Shown one piece after another: positions 1 to 11,159 of a DNA stretch of 64,000 nt. Origin of the DNA: an uncultured delta proteobacterium (GTDB lineage: Bacteria; Desulfobacterota; Desulfobacteria; Desulfobacterales; SG8-13); the NCBI GenBank assembly GCA_963848135.1, contig CAWKCK010000017.1, forward strand, positions 1,024,538-1,088,537, written 5' to 3'. The position numbers and the translations under genes were made by a program. The notes under the pieces are model-generated. The model saw only the letters and a program-made list of their open reading frames with translations. It was not told where the DNA came from and did not search any database. Every line of letters starts with the position of its first letter. Positions within the stretch are counted from its first letter, which is position 1.

Positions 1-141
1 TCTTATACCCATAAGATCATCGGCGATCCGATACCTCCTTTCATCATATCCAGCTATTTCCACCGCAGATACTTCGCCATTTTTCCCCCAGTCAGCAGCA
101 ATGACAATGCCTTTTAAAGTGATTGGAGTTTGTTTTTCCAT
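1..141 (-). CDS. Hypothetical protein, 5' part only (runs off window start)
   Basis: Manual translation from ATG at 141: MEKQTPITLKGIVIAADWGKNGEVSAVEIAGYDERRYRIADDLMGIR; open to window edge; sigma54-like promoter upstream. Confidence 0.6.
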   Translation of the reverse strand, partial: MEKQTPITLKGIVIAADWGKNGEVSAVEIAGYDERRYRIADDLMGIR

Positions 142-197
142 CAAGTCACACCAATTGGTTTGGTAAAAGGATTACACCCCATAAAACCCAACCTTTC

Positions 198-213
198 AGC
201 AAACATCATGCCC
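198..213 (-). promoter_or_regulatory. Putative sigma54 (-24/-12) promoter
   Basis: Minus strand GGGCATGATGTTTGCT = GG-N10-GC. Confidence 0.5.
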
Positions 214-686
214 GATTCAAACCTATGCAGCTTGATTTGTCATTTATTTGTAACCGTTTTGCCAGAAGAAGGATTCTTAAGGATCGGGGAGGGGGTGTTT
301 GAGGATACCATCGTCAGTCCAGAAATTACCCGCGACCCCGTTTAACCGAAATGCGGCGAGAGAGCGTCAGCTAAAGTCGCTAACCATTCGGTCAGGATCA
401 ATCGATTAATATCATCATAGAATGAAATCTGAATTGGGTGGGTATAATTACAAAACTCGATTTGAGAACCAATTTCAGCAACCCGTAAACGGACATTTCG
501 TGTCAAAATGCAAAACCGAAATCGGACATCTCATATCGCATTTTTCGTTGAAATGGTGCCCCTTAAAGACAACCGAAGATAATTAGAAACGCATTTTATT
601 CAAAATATCGCTGCAAAGGAATAAAATTTAGAAAATATCCTAAAATTCTAAATACTTATAGGGCAACCAATTAATAGCATCGATTT

Positions 687-702
687 TGGCTCGTTGTTTG
701 CT
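687..702 (+). promoter_or_regulatory. Putative sigma54 (-24/-12) promoter for the kinase operon
   Basis: TGGCTCGTTGTTTGCT matches TGGCACG-N4-TTGC with GG-N10-GC spacing, preceded by an AT-rich tract. Confidence 0.7.
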
Positions 703-801
703 AACTTCTGCTCAATAAACGCCGGGCAATACAATGAACCTGAACGGCAAAGTATTGATCGGACGAGACGGCAAACTTCTCAAATTTATGGACATCATTC
801 C

Positions 802-2523
802 ATGGCGAACAACGGCACCTATACCCGAAGCGAGACCGCTACCGGCAAACCTTTATTCGGCAAACTGGATCGTCGGCTTCAAATTGGACTGTTAACGGCC
901 TTCTTCATCCCAATGGCGGTGTTGTCCGCCTATTTCCATTTTCAGTTTCAACACACCTTAACCGCCATCGGCAAAAACCGTCTTATAGTGGTTGCCGAAA
1001 GCCAGAGAAATACCGTCGATCTTTTTCTTCAGGAGCGTGTGTCCAACATCATCACACTCTTTCATCACAGTGGTTTCAAGTTGTCACCCACCGAACACGA
1101 CATGATGTCGTTGTATCAAAACCTCAGACAGGCCAGCGATGCGTTTATCGATCTTGGCTTTCTTGACGAGCGTGGTATTCAAATCGGATATGCTGGCCCA
1201 TTCCCTTATCTGCAGGATAAAGAGTACAGTGGGCAGGAGTGGTATACTCGACTTATGGATCGGCAGGTCCAACATTATATTAGCGACATCTATCTGGGTT
1301 TTCGAAACAAACTGCACTTTACCATTGCCGTCAAACAAATCATCAACGGAAAGCCGTATGTTTTCAAATCCACCCTAGACCCAGACAAATTCGACCTCTA
1401 TCTTAAAACAATTTATCAGGGAGATGGTATTCAAACCTCCATCATCAACGAATCAGGAGAATATCAGGTCGTTGATCCCGCCCAAAGGCTACATCTGAAA
1501 AAGAGTGCCTATATACCGCCAGCAAATGTGCCATCAGGTGCAATTGAATATAGGCAAAAGGACCGTTCCGTGCTGATGGCACATGCTTGGTTGACCGAAA
1601 CTCGCTGGGCGCTTTTGGTTGCCGAACCGTTTGAGATCGCTTATGCCCAGCTCTATCTCGTCCGGCGAATCATGCTCATCAGCTCGGCGTTGACGATCGT
1701 CGCTGCCATTTTCCTGATCCGATTTTCCACACGGTATCTGATCAAAAAGCTTCGCGAAACAGAGGGGCAGCGAGAAGATACCTATCACCTTCTCTTACAC
1801 GCCTCAAAACTGGCTTCATTGGGTGAACTTGCCACCGGTGTTGCCCATGAGATAAACAACCCTTTGGCGATCATCATGGCTACCACCGGTGTGCTTCGCG
1901 ATATGCACAACCAGGAGTTCAAACTAGACCCTTCGCCAGAAGACGTGCTTGCAGAATTGAAAATTATCGATGAGGCCGTGTTGCGGGCCAAGCTCATCAC
2001 CGGCCAGTTGTTAAACTACGGACGCAAAGACACACCCCGGCTGGTAGCCACCGATCTCAATGCAATGCTTGAAGATGTTTTGGGGGGCTTTAAAGGGCGC
2101 GAATTGTTCCTGGAGCAGATTACAATTGAAAAGGAATTTGACCTTGACTTGCCTGAAGTAATGATCGACCCGGATCAGGTGCGCCAAGTCTTCCTCAACT
2201 TGATCAACAATGCTGGAGACGCCATTAAGGGACCCGGTCGGATAACCATTAAAACCGCACCAAAGGATCACAACGTTTCCGTGAGTTTTACGGATACCGG
2301 CATCGGCATGCAGGCCGATCAGATCAAAAAGATATTCGATCCATTTTACACGACCAAGGAAGTTGGCAAGGGCACCGGTCTTGGACTGAGTGTATCGCTC
2401 AGCATCATTGAAGCCCTGGGCGGTGCCCTTGATGTTCAAAGCATGCCCGGAGCAGGCAGTACATTTACGGTCCATTTTCCGCTAAAGAAAAACCAGGGAG
2501 AACAGATGAATGAATCAAAATAA
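802..2523 (+). CDS. Membrane sensor histidine kinase (extracytoplasmic Cache-like domain, HisKA, HATPase)
   Basis: Two TM segments, H-box AHEINNPL, N-box NLINNA, G boxes DTGIG and GKGTGLGL; likely ATG at 802. Confidence 0.93.
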   Translation: MANNGTYTRSETATGKPLFGKLDRRLQIGLLTAFFIPMAVLSAYFHFQFQHTLTAIGKNRLIVVAESQRNTVDLFLQERVSNIITLFHHSGFKLSPTEHDMMSLYQNLRQASDAFIDLGFLDERGIQIGYAGPFPYLQDKEYSGQEWYTRLMDRQVQHYISDIYLGFRNKLHFTIAVKQIINGKPYVFKSTLDPDKFDLYLKTIYQGDGIQTSIINESGEYQVVDPAQRLHLKKSAYIPPANVPSGAIEYRQKDRSVLMAHAWLTETRWALLVAEPFEIAYAQLYLVRRIMLISSALTIVAAIFLIRFSTRYLIKKLRETEGQREDTYHLLLHASKLASLGELATGVAHEINNPLAIIMATTGVLRDMHNQEFKLDPSPEDVLAELKIIDEAVLRAKLITGQLLNYGRKDTPRLVATDLNAMLEDVLGGFKGRELFLEQITIEKEFDLDLPEVMIDPDQVRQVFLNLINNAGDAIKGPGRITIKTAPKDHNVSVSFTDTGIGMQADQIKKIFDPFYTTKEVGKGTGLGLSVSLSIIEALGGALDVQSMPGAGSTFTVHFPLKKNQGEQMNESK

Positions 2524-4576
2524 TCGACCACAAGAGTCCGCTGGGCCAAGAATTCTATTGATCGATGATGAGGAACGATTTCGGATCGCTCTTGCGCATC
2601 AATTAAAGGTCAGAAACTATGATGTTCTAGATACCGATAATGGCCTGGATGCCATCAAGATCGTCCGGCATCAAAACCCGGAGGTCGTCATTCTGGATCA
2701 AAAGATGCCGGGTATGGACGGCATTCAGACATTGCAGGAGATCAAGAAAATCAAGCCGGAGGTCCAGATTATCATGTGCACCGGGCACGGGTCCACCGAA
2801 GCGGCCCGCATTACGGGTAAACATGATGTTTTTGCCTATTTGGAGAAGCCGAGTCCCATCGATGATATTCTTGAAACCATTGAAAGTGCCCGTATTGAGA
2901 GAAACCGGGCCATGGCCAAACATGAAATCCCGAGCAGGGCCAAAACCGGAATCAAAGATTATATCGTCGGCGTTCACAATGCCCGCCCCGGTATTATCAT
3001 GCTTGGCATAGTCATCTTATTGAGCGTCGCCTTCATGCCCACGCCTCACAACCTGATGAAATTGCTGACCGACACAAAACAGGGACAAATGGGTGAAGGT
3101 ATTGCCGGATATGCTGATTATCGCAAGATGAAAAGTGGTGATTCCATTAGCCAATTTTACCCCAACAGTGCCAAAATCTACAAGAAGGATAATTCAACAC
3201 CAAACAAGCAGGAAAAGATCATCATCACGCCGGAACAAGTCGCTTTTCGAGCTAAGGTGACCATCGGCATCTTGTTGATATCTGCCTTGTTTTGGGCTAC
3301 CGGGGCTATACCCGTTGGTGTTACGGCACTGCTTGTGGGAACGCTAATGATTTTCTTCGATGTACTTTCTCCAGGCGAGGTAGCCAAGAGTTATGCAAAG
3401 GATTCGGTGGTATTCATTTTCGGCGTCCTGGCCATTTCTGTGGCAATCGGTAAAACCGGACTGGACAGGCGCATTGGGTTGCTGCTGCTGGGTACGAGCA
3501 CATCGCTGCTGAAGTTCTGTCTCATATTTGCGCCCATGCTAGCGATGACTGCCTCATTTTTGTCCGAACACGCCCTGGTGGCGTTTATCGCACCCATTCT
3601 CATGGTGGTCTACATGGGGGCGCTTAAGAACGCGGGCTTAAAAAAAGATAAACACCTGATTGTCATGCTGATGCTAATGCTGACATTTTGCGGCAATATA
3701 GGCGGTCCGGGATCACCAGCCGCGGGCGGCCGCAATGCGGTCATGTTGGGCATATTCGCCGACTATGGCGTGCAGCTCAGCTTCGGCAAATGGGTGATGC
3801 TGGGCCTACCCTTTGTCCCGGTGATGGCCCTCACTATCGGCATGTACTTCTATCTGGTCCTTAAAAAACGGATCGAAATCGGAAATCTTAACATTGCCGT
3901 TGAAATCAGGCGGGAAGCCCAAAAAATAGGTAAGATGACCCCGGATGAATACAAGGCGGCCGGTGTGCTGATCCTGCTGGTTTTCCTTTGGAGCTTCTAT
4001 TCTGATAGTTTTGGTATGGGGGGTCCAGTCCTGCTCTGTCTGGTCTTGATGAACATCCTGGGAATTCTACGCTGGAAAGATATCAACAACATTCATTGGG
4101 ATGTGGTAGCTCTTTATGCCGCCGCCAGCGCAATGGGCTACGGGTTAGCGACCACGGGTGCTGCTTTATGGTTAGCCTCCGGCTTTCTTGCCGTGATGCC
4201 GGACTTTTTAACTTCTGGTATAGGATTAGGAATCTCCACCAGTTTGTTAACCGGCATTCTGACCAATTTCATGAGCGACGGCGCAACCGTGGCAGTCGTC
4301 GGGCCCATAACCGTACCTATGGCAACCCTGTCGGGGACTTCGCCAATACTCGTGGGCCTGGCCACGGCGTTTGCCTCTTCCTTTGCACATGTATTGATCA
4401 TCGGCACACCCAACAACGCTATCGTGTTCAGCCTTGCCAAGGACCCGGAGACCGGCGAACAATTGTTAACCATGAAAGATTTTTTCGTGCACGGCCTGGC
4501 GGTTCTTGTCCTAAGCCTGCTCATATTGTGGGTGTGGACTTTTTTTGGATACTGGAAATGGATGGGCTTTAGTTAA
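2510..4576 (+). CDS. Response-regulator receiver domain fused to SLC13/DASS anion transporter
   Basis: N-terminal REC (IDDE, LDQKMPG, TGHG, EKP) continuous with multi-TM DASS motifs (SEHA, GSPAAGGRNA, TNFMSD, IGTPNNAI). Confidence 0.9.
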   Translation: MNQNNRPQESAGPRILLIDDEERFRIALAHQLKVRNYDVLDTDNGLDAIKIVRHQNPEVVILDQKMPGMDGIQTLQEIKKIKPEVQIIMCTGHGSTEAARITGKHDVFAYLEKPSPIDDILETIESARIERNRAMAKHEIPSRAKTGIKDYIVGVHNARPGIIMLGIVILLSVAFMPTPHNLMKLLTDTKQGQMGEGIAGYADYRKMKSGDSISQFYPNSAKIYKKDNSTPNKQEKIIITPEQVAFRAKVTIGILLISALFWATGAIPVGVTALLVGTLMIFFDVLSPGEVAKSYAKDSVVFIFGVLAISVAIGKTGLDRRIGLLLLGTSTSLLKFCLIFAPMLAMTASFLSEHALVAFIAPILMVVYMGALKNAGLKKDKHLIVMLMLMLTFCGNIGGPGSPAAGGRNAVMLGIFADYGVQLSFGKWVMLGLPFVPVMALTIGMYFYLVLKKRIEIGNLNIAVEIRREAQKIGKMTPDEYKAAGVLILLVFLWSFYSDSFGMGGPVLLCLVLMNILGILRWKDINNIHWDVVALYAAASAMGYGLATTGAALWLASGFLAVMPDFLTSGIGLGISTSLLTGILTNFMSDGATVAVVGPITVPMATLSGTSPILVGLATAFASSFAHVLIIGTPNNAIVFSLAKDPETGEQLLTMKDFFVHGLAVLVLSLLILWVWTFFGYWKWMGFS

Positions 4577-4649
4577 AATCGGTCAGATTGACGGTGGCAA
4601 CGCACAGAATACCTATCACTTTTAAACTGTTACTTATTAGGAGGTTTCA

Positions 4650-5138
4650 ATGAACCCGGACAAGATAAACTTGATGATTGTTGACGATGAAGAAGATTTC
4701 CTGAATGCGATTCGCCGCAGTTTGGAAATTAGGGATTTTCATGTCATCACAGCCAACAGGGGTGAAAAAGCCCTTGAAATCGCCAAATCTAACCCAGTGG
4801 ATATAGCCATTGTAGACCTGAAAATGCCCGGAATGAATGGCCTGGAAACTCTGGAAGCCTTAAAAAAGGCTCATCCATGGATGGAAATCATCATATTGAC
4901 CGGCCACGGCACCATAGATTCGGCCGTAGAAGCCACGCAAAGTGGTGCTTACTCTTATTTGCAAAAACCCTGTGAGTTAGATACTTTGATGCAAATGTTA
5001 ATCAAAGCTTATAAGAAACGTGTCATGAATAAGCAGCAGTTAGCAAAAAAAAAGATGGACGAGCTTCTCAAAATTTCTCAAGGTCGCTCCGCTCGTGAAA
5101 TACTTTCGCGGCTTAGAGAAATCGATCGAAAGGGGTAA
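4650..5138 (+). CDS. Response regulator (receiver plus short helical tail)
   Basis: VDDE, DLKMPG, TGHG, QKP motifs; AGGAGG RBS. Confidence 0.92.
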   Translation: MNPDKINLMIVDDEEDFLNAIRRSLEIRDFHVITANRGEKALEIAKSNPVDIAIVDLKMPGMNGLETLEALKKAHPWMEIIILTGHGTIDSAVEATQSGAYSYLQKPCELDTLMQMLIKAYKKRVMNKQQLAKKKMDELLKISQGRSAREILSRLREIDRKG

Positions 5139-5675
5139 TCGAGGATAAATATCCCGATATACTGGTGACCGGAACCAAGGGACAGTCGAATTCAGTGGAT
5201 ACCCTTATTGAGGATCGTAAACCCAATAGATGCTCCGACGCAGTCCAACTTTTGTAATTAGTATCCGGAAAGACCGGATAAAAGAATGGCTCAGCTTGAA
5301 AACGTTACTAAGCATTTGAATTACGATGACAGGAAATTTTTTTACCTGTAATCCTGAACCAGCTGATATCCCGGTCAAGGTGAAAAAGCACATACAAACT
5401 GATGAGTGAGATTCCTTCATTAACATACTATGTTCGATTGCGACGTGCATGGGAATTCTGTTGCCCGAATGTTTATCACATGGTGTTAGAGGCTGGTAAA
5501 TCATAGATTCTCAAGGCAAGTTGTGAACTCAGATTCTCTTTTATAGGCATAGTGGTTGGCAGATCAACAAGCATGTTGATCTTGGAAAAATACATCTTAA
5601 AGAATATAAAGCTGGACTATACTTCACGTTTTATAAAACGCGTGATACCCTGCTGATTCATAAAAATAGAAAAAT

Positions 5676-5703
5676 GGCCAACCACAACATAAGATGGTTG
5701 GCC
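5676..5703. repeat. 28-bp imperfect palindrome, copy 1
   Basis: GGCCAACCACAACATAAGATGGTTGGCC; related copy at 17348-17375. Confidence 0.6.
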
Positions 5704-5914
5704 TATATTATTATGATAAGGTCGATGTATCGTGGGAAAAACTGACATGGTGAAATTCGAGTTTGCTGCTATGATATTTGAGCTATCATCTGGTCGATTC
5801 GTTTGAGATAGCCAGAACGTATCGTTTAAGATGGTGTGATTTCCTATAGTTGATTTATGGCAAGCTGTTCTGAGTATTGACCTCTCCAATAATATCCATC
5901 GGAAACTGCCCGAC

Positions 5915-5950
5915 ACCATATCTGCCCCCTTCGGGCAGATATGGTTTTGT
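5915..5950 (+). terminator. Rho-independent terminator-like hairpin
   Basis: 13-bp perfect stem ACCATATCTGCCC / GGGCAGATATGGT followed by TTTGT. Confidence 0.55.
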
Positions 5951-6172
5951 ATTGGCGATTTTATGAATATTTAAATCCTTATTGACGCTTCTTTACGACC
6001 GTTGATCCTTTGATTCACACCTTTGTAAAGTCGCACGATCATTGGTGATCAATGCCTGATGTCAGCAATTGTACCTGCATCTGTTTGCCAAATTCACACC
6101 AGTCGTTTATATTTGTGAAACGTTTTCATCCACAATTTTGGGAACACCCTATCAGTAAAGGGAAAATATATT

Positions 6173-7027
6173 ATGAACCCGCAGGATTGGTTAACCGGCT
6201 TTATAGCCAACAAGTTGTTGAGCACAACGATTTTGATTGTCGCCGTTCTGATGATCCGAAAATATGTCGTTCATTGGATTAAGGGCAAAGAGACGTTTCT
6301 TCCGACATTCAAACGGCAGTGGATCGTGAGTGTCCGCAATATAACCATCTTTCTGATATTCGGAATAATGGTTGTGGTATGGCTGGAGCAGTTGCGTACC
6401 ATTGCCGCCTCCATTGTAGTCATTGCCGCAGCAATCGTCATTGCTACAAAAGAGTTTTTGCTGAATGTGGTTGGTTTTTTTTATCGCACAACGGCCAAGT
6501 TCGTGAGCGTCGGCGACCGCATTGAAGTGGATGGCATTCGGGGAGACGTGATTGACCAGAGTTTAATGGGCATCACGCTGCTGGAGATCGGCCCCGGAGA
6601 TAAGACCCATCAATACACCGGACTTTCTATTTTCTTGCCTAATAGCCTGTTTCTCTCTGAGACCGTAAAAAATGAGACGTTTTTATGGAGTGATTAAGTC
6701 TTCCATTTGATGACTATTTCGATCAAGGCTGACGAGCAATGGTCAAAAGCTGAGGATGCCTTTCTGCAAGCCGCAAGGGATGTCAGCGCCCCTTACCTTG
6801 ATAAAGCGCGGCAGGTTATGAAGACACAGGCACTGCAGCAAAACCTCGAGGAACCGAGTGTCGAACCTCGCGTACAGATCCAGATCGCCGACCCTGAGAA
6901 ATACCATCTGGTCTTACGGGTACCTGTTCCGGCGCGCAAACGAGCCCGACTGGAGCAGGATATAACTCGCCACTACCTAAAACTCATGGGAACCGCAGAG
7001 AAGGACCCGCCAGAATCGAAACCTTAA
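6173..7027 (+). pseudogene. mscS: MscS-family mechanosensitive channel with in-frame TAA at 6695-6697
   Basis: VGDRIEVDGIRGDVID and LPNSLF motifs; ORF 6707-7027 continues in the same frame after the stop. Confidence 0.8.
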
Positions 7028-7097
7028 GAAGAAAACGAATGGTCACCGCCAGATGTTGGTCGGTGCCCGCTAACCGACTGCGCAGAGGAACATTTGA

Positions 7098-8408
7098 ATG
7101 AGTGATCATACGATTTTTATACCCTTGATCGTCAAGTTTTTTGAACAGGATATTTCGGCTGCATCACATATCCTTGAAAGCATGAAAGAAGCGGAGGCTG
7201 CCGGTGTACTTGAATCGTTGCCGCCGTCCCTTGCCGTTCGTGTTGTCAAGCATCTTCAAATCAGCTTTGCAGCCACCTTGTTGAACCATACCGGTGACGC
7301 CTTCCTGCACCGGATTACATCGCAGCTTGAACCCCAGTTTTTAGCATCCATCCTGATGCATATATCCAAAGAATCCCGTGAGCGCATCAGGACACATATT
7401 CCCGAAAAAACCGAGGGGCAGATCCGGGAGCTTCTGGAGTATCCCCAGGGCAGTGTCGGCCGCATCATGACGTCCGACTTTCTGTCTTTCAGCAAAGACG
7501 CACTTGCCAAAGAAGCGATCAGCAAAATCCGATCGCTGGCCAAAAAACGGATTCCATCGTCATATGCCTATGTGGTCGATACCGACCTGCATCTAGTCGG
7601 TGTATTGAACATGCGCGATTTAATGATTGCATCACCGCAGCAACCGCTCGAGTCAATTACCCAGAAAGAGGTATTTTCGCTGCATTGTTTTACAGACATG
7701 CAGGACGCGGCCAATGAATTGTCCAAGCGGCGTTATTTTGCCGCACCAGTGGTAGACAGTGAAAACCATATACTCGGCATAATCAAGGCGGAACGTTTGA
7801 TTAAGGGTGTTCAGGATGGAACGGCACAGGACATCCAATTGATGTTCGGTGTGAGTGCAGATGAGCGTCCTTTCTCAAGCATTTTTTTCTCCCTCAAAAA
7901 ACGACTCCTCTGGTTGAATGTCAATCTGGTTACTGCATTCATGGCCGCGTCCGTGGTGGCCTTATTTGAAGGCATCATTGCAAAAATAACTATTTTGGCA
8001 GTATTTCTTCCAGTAGTTGCTGGGCAGGGGGGCAATGCGGGTGCCCAATCGCTGGCGGTGGTCATGCGAGGGATCGTGATGCGTGAAATTCCCCCCAATA
8101 AACGATTCGCCTTAATCATGAAAGAGGGCAAGTTGGGCGCAATCAATGGTGCAATCATCGGCGTGATCACCGCAATGGTGGCCTGGGTATGGGTGGGCAA
8201 CCCCTACCTGGGGCTGGTAATCGGTTTAGGAATGCTGGTCAATCTGTTCTTTGCAGGATTATCGGGTGCTGCAATACCCCTCATAATGAAACGCATCGGT
8301 TTAGATCCGGCACAAAGTGCGAATATCATATTAACCACGATAACCGACATCATTGGCTTTTTTGCATTTTTGGGATTTGCAGTTATTTTCCAGAGCTATC
8401 TTGTGTAG
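7098..8408 (+). CDS. mgtE: Magnesium transporter MgtE
   Basis: MgtE N domain, YPQGSVGRIM CBS pair, GQGGNAGAQS, DPA and TDIIG motifs. Confidence 0.93.
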   Translation: MSDHTIFIPLIVKFFEQDISAASHILESMKEAEAAGVLESLPPSLAVRVVKHLQISFAATLLNHTGDAFLHRITSQLEPQFLASILMHISKESRERIRTHIPEKTEGQIRELLEYPQGSVGRIMTSDFLSFSKDALAKEAISKIRSLAKKRIPSSYAYVVDTDLHLVGVLNMRDLMIASPQQPLESITQKEVFSLHCFTDMQDAANELSKRRYFAAPVVDSENHILGIIKAERLIKGVQDGTAQDIQLMFGVSADERPFSSIFFSLKKRLLWLNVNLVTAFMAASVVALFEGIIAKITILAVFLPVVAGQGGNAGAQSLAVVMRGIVMREIPPNKRFALIMKEGKLGAINGAIIGVITAMVAWVWVGNPYLGLVIGLGMLVNLFFAGLSGAAIPLIMKRIGLDPAQSANIILTTITDIIGFFAFLGFAVIFQSYLV

Positions 8409-8755
8409 TCGATACCCCAATGAGTCAAGCAAACAATATAAGTCCGTTGATGTTTTGGTTTGGCTATCCTACGAAAACAAACCCCAGCGAAACCGTTGCT
8501 TACTCCAACAAAACACAACCTCTGACCGACTCACGCCTGCTGCTAATGTATTGCGGAAAAAACTGTCATGGCGAAATTCCAGTCTGCTGCTATTGTCCAA
8601 CACCTATCACTCGGCGCATTTCCTGGCGTGAAAATAGCCATACGGTATTGTGATATTTGGCATGATTTCATGGGATTGCGCCTGTGGCATCTGCCATTTC
8701 TGCAAGAGCAAATAGCTTTAGTCCTTGTAATCTATCCTTCACTGGACCAGGTGTT

Positions 8756-9454
8756 TCACACGCACAGGTATTTGTCGCGCACGTCCTCGTTGTCCCGAAG
8801 GTCCTCGCGGGTGCCGTGGTAGCGGATCGTCCCGTTGTCGATGACGTAGCCCCGATCGCTCAGGCGCAGGGCGACCTCCAGGTTCTGTTCGGCCAGCAGC
8901 ACCGTCAGGCCGCCCTCCTTGAGCCGGAAGATCTGCTCTTCGAGCATGTTGACGATCAGTGGGGCGAGCCCCTCGGTCGGTTCGTCCAGCAGCAGAAAAT
9001 CCGGGTTGGTCATCAGCGCACGGCCGATGGTCAGCATCTGCTGCTCACCGCCGCTGAGAAAACCGGCCCGCCGGTTGTCGATTTTTTCGAGTGCCGGGAA
9101 AAAAGCCGTAGACCCGCTCCTTGTTCCAACCACCCTCGTGATAGTTGCGTTCTGAAATCTCCAGGTTTTCCCCCACGGTCAGGTCGGCAAAGACGCGCCG
9201 GTCATCCGGAACGTACCCCATTCCCTGGCCGAACCATGAGATACGGTTTTTGTCCGGTACAGGGGATGCCCTTGAATTGGATCGTTCCCCGGCGCGGCGG
9301 GGTCAGCCCCATGATGCTGCGCATGGTCGTGCTTTTGCCGGCGCCGTTTCGGCCCAGCAGGCAGACGCACTCGCCGGCGTCGACCTGCCAGGGAGACATC
9401 GAAGAGGATGTGGCTGAGGCCGTAATAGGTGTGGATCTTTTCTACACGGAGCAT
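8756..9454 (-). CDS. livF: Liv-type ABC transporter ATP-binding protein (LivF-like), three +1 frameshifts
   Basis: Fragments MLRVEKIHTYYG, GRNGAGKST, LSGGEQQML, LLDEPTEGL join if single extra bases are removed. Confidence 0.88.
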
Positions 9455-10195
9455 TCGTCCGCACCTCCCAGATACGCCTCCCGCACCTGCCGGTTGTCTC
9501 TGACCGCTTCGGGTACGTCCTGAACCAGGGTGCTGCCCTGCTGCATGACCATGATCTGGGTGGCGATGGAAAACACCATGCCCATGTCGTGTTCGCAAAA
9601 AAGGATCGTCAGACCCCGTTCGCTTGGACAGCCGTTTCATGAGGGCGAGGGTCACCGCCGTCTCTTCAGGGGACATGCCGGCCGTGGGTTCGTCGAGAAT
9701 CAGCAGTTCGGGACGGTTACCCAGGGCGATGGCGATTTCCAGAACCTTCTGGTCGCCGTGGGACAGGGAACCGCTGGTCACATGCGCCTTTTCCAGCAGC
9801 CCGACACTGGCGAGAATCTCCTCGGGTCTCCTCGACGGCCATGAACCGGGCCGGCGCGAAACAGGTTGAGCGTCTTTTCCGCGCCGGGAGAGGACGGCGA
9901 CCTGCACATTCTCGAAAACGCTCAGCCGGTTGAAGATGTTGACCACCTGGTAGGACCGGCTGATGCCTTTGCGGCAGATCTGGTGGGGCGCCAGCCCGGC
10001 GATGTTCTCTCCCTTGAAGAGGATGCTGCCCGCATCGGGGGCGAGTTGGCCGGTGATCAAGTGAAAGAGGGTGGTCTTGCCGGCACCGTTGGGGCCGATG
10101 ACGGCCACGACCTCCCCGTCTCCGACCGTGAGGGAGGCTCCGGCCACGGCCATGAACCCGTCGAACGATTTCTGCAGTTCATCGACGCGAAGCAT
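9442..10195 (-). CDS. livG: Liv-type ABC transporter ATP-binding protein (LivG-like), four +1 frameshifts
   Basis: GPNGAGKTT, LSHGDQK, LDEPTAGMS, then CEHDM and EAYLG in a shifted frame. Confidence 0.88.
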
Positions 10196-11148
10196 CTAAC
10201 CCTCCTTCGGAACCGATCGAGAGGCTGAGCCTTGTTGAGAAACAAGCCTAGGACGCCTTCGGGCAGAAAGAAAATCAGCAGCATGAGTACGATCCCCAGA
10301 ACGAGCGTCCAGTATTCCGTGTAGATGCCGACGAAGGAACGCAGGGCCACGATGATGGCCGCTCCGAGCATGGGCCCCAGGAAGATGAACCAGCCGCCCA
10401 GCAGGCACATGATGAGAATTTCCAGGGAAAGGGTCCAGAACATCAGATCCGGGAACACGGAGCCCTCCACGGTGACGAACAGCGTCCCGGCCACGCCGGC
10501 GAAGAATGCGGCGATGATCTGTCCAACGAGCTGGTGGCGCTGGACATTGACACCCACCGCCGCGCAGCGCTCCGGGTTGTCACGGATGCCTTGGAAGGTG
10601 CGTCCGAAGGGCGAGTTGACGATCCGGTACATCATCAGCAGGCAGCCGGCGGTCACGATCAGGTTGAAATAGTAGGCGTTGGTCGAGCCTTCCAGCAGGG
10701 CCGGGATCGGGATGCCGTGGATGCCGTCATCACCGCCGGTAAAACTGTACCAGCGGTAAACGATGGCCCAGACCAGCGAACCCAGTGAAATCTGCATCAT
10801 GCCGAAGTAAAGCTTGGACAACCGGATGGTCAGTAATCCGAGCACCAGGCCGAGCAGGGCCGAACAGATCGGAGCCAACAGGTATCCCAGCCAGGCCGGC
10901 AGGCCCGACTTGACCGCAAACAGGGCGAAGGCATAGGCGCCGAAGCCGTAAAAGACGGCATGATGAAACTGGTACATGCCGCCGAAGCCGAGCACCAGAT
11001 TGAGGCTGGTGGCCAGCAAGCCGGTGGCAAAAATCAGGGCCAGCAGATAGATGTAGAAGCGTGTCAGGAACTGGGGCAGGATAAAGAGCAGCACCAGCAG
11101 GGCGATGCCGGCGATAAACAGGTTCTTGTTAAAGCGAACACCAGGCAC
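10196..11148 (-). CDS. livM: Liv-type ABC transporter permease (LivM-like); 3' end uncertain
   Basis: SLNLVLGFGG, TGGDDGI, SPFGR, FLPEGVLG; ORF as given overruns livG so a terminal frameshift is likely. Confidence 0.88.
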
Positions 11149-11159
11149 GACCGATCCCC

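Noticed and set aside
5140..5915. AT-rich stretch with ORFs 5205-5504 and 5617-5919
   Set aside because: No recognisable motifs or RBS in any frame; may be a decayed gene but no call can be supported
6695..6697. Possible stop-codon recoding in mscS
   Set aside because: The codon is TAA, not TGA or TAG, and no recoding signal is evident
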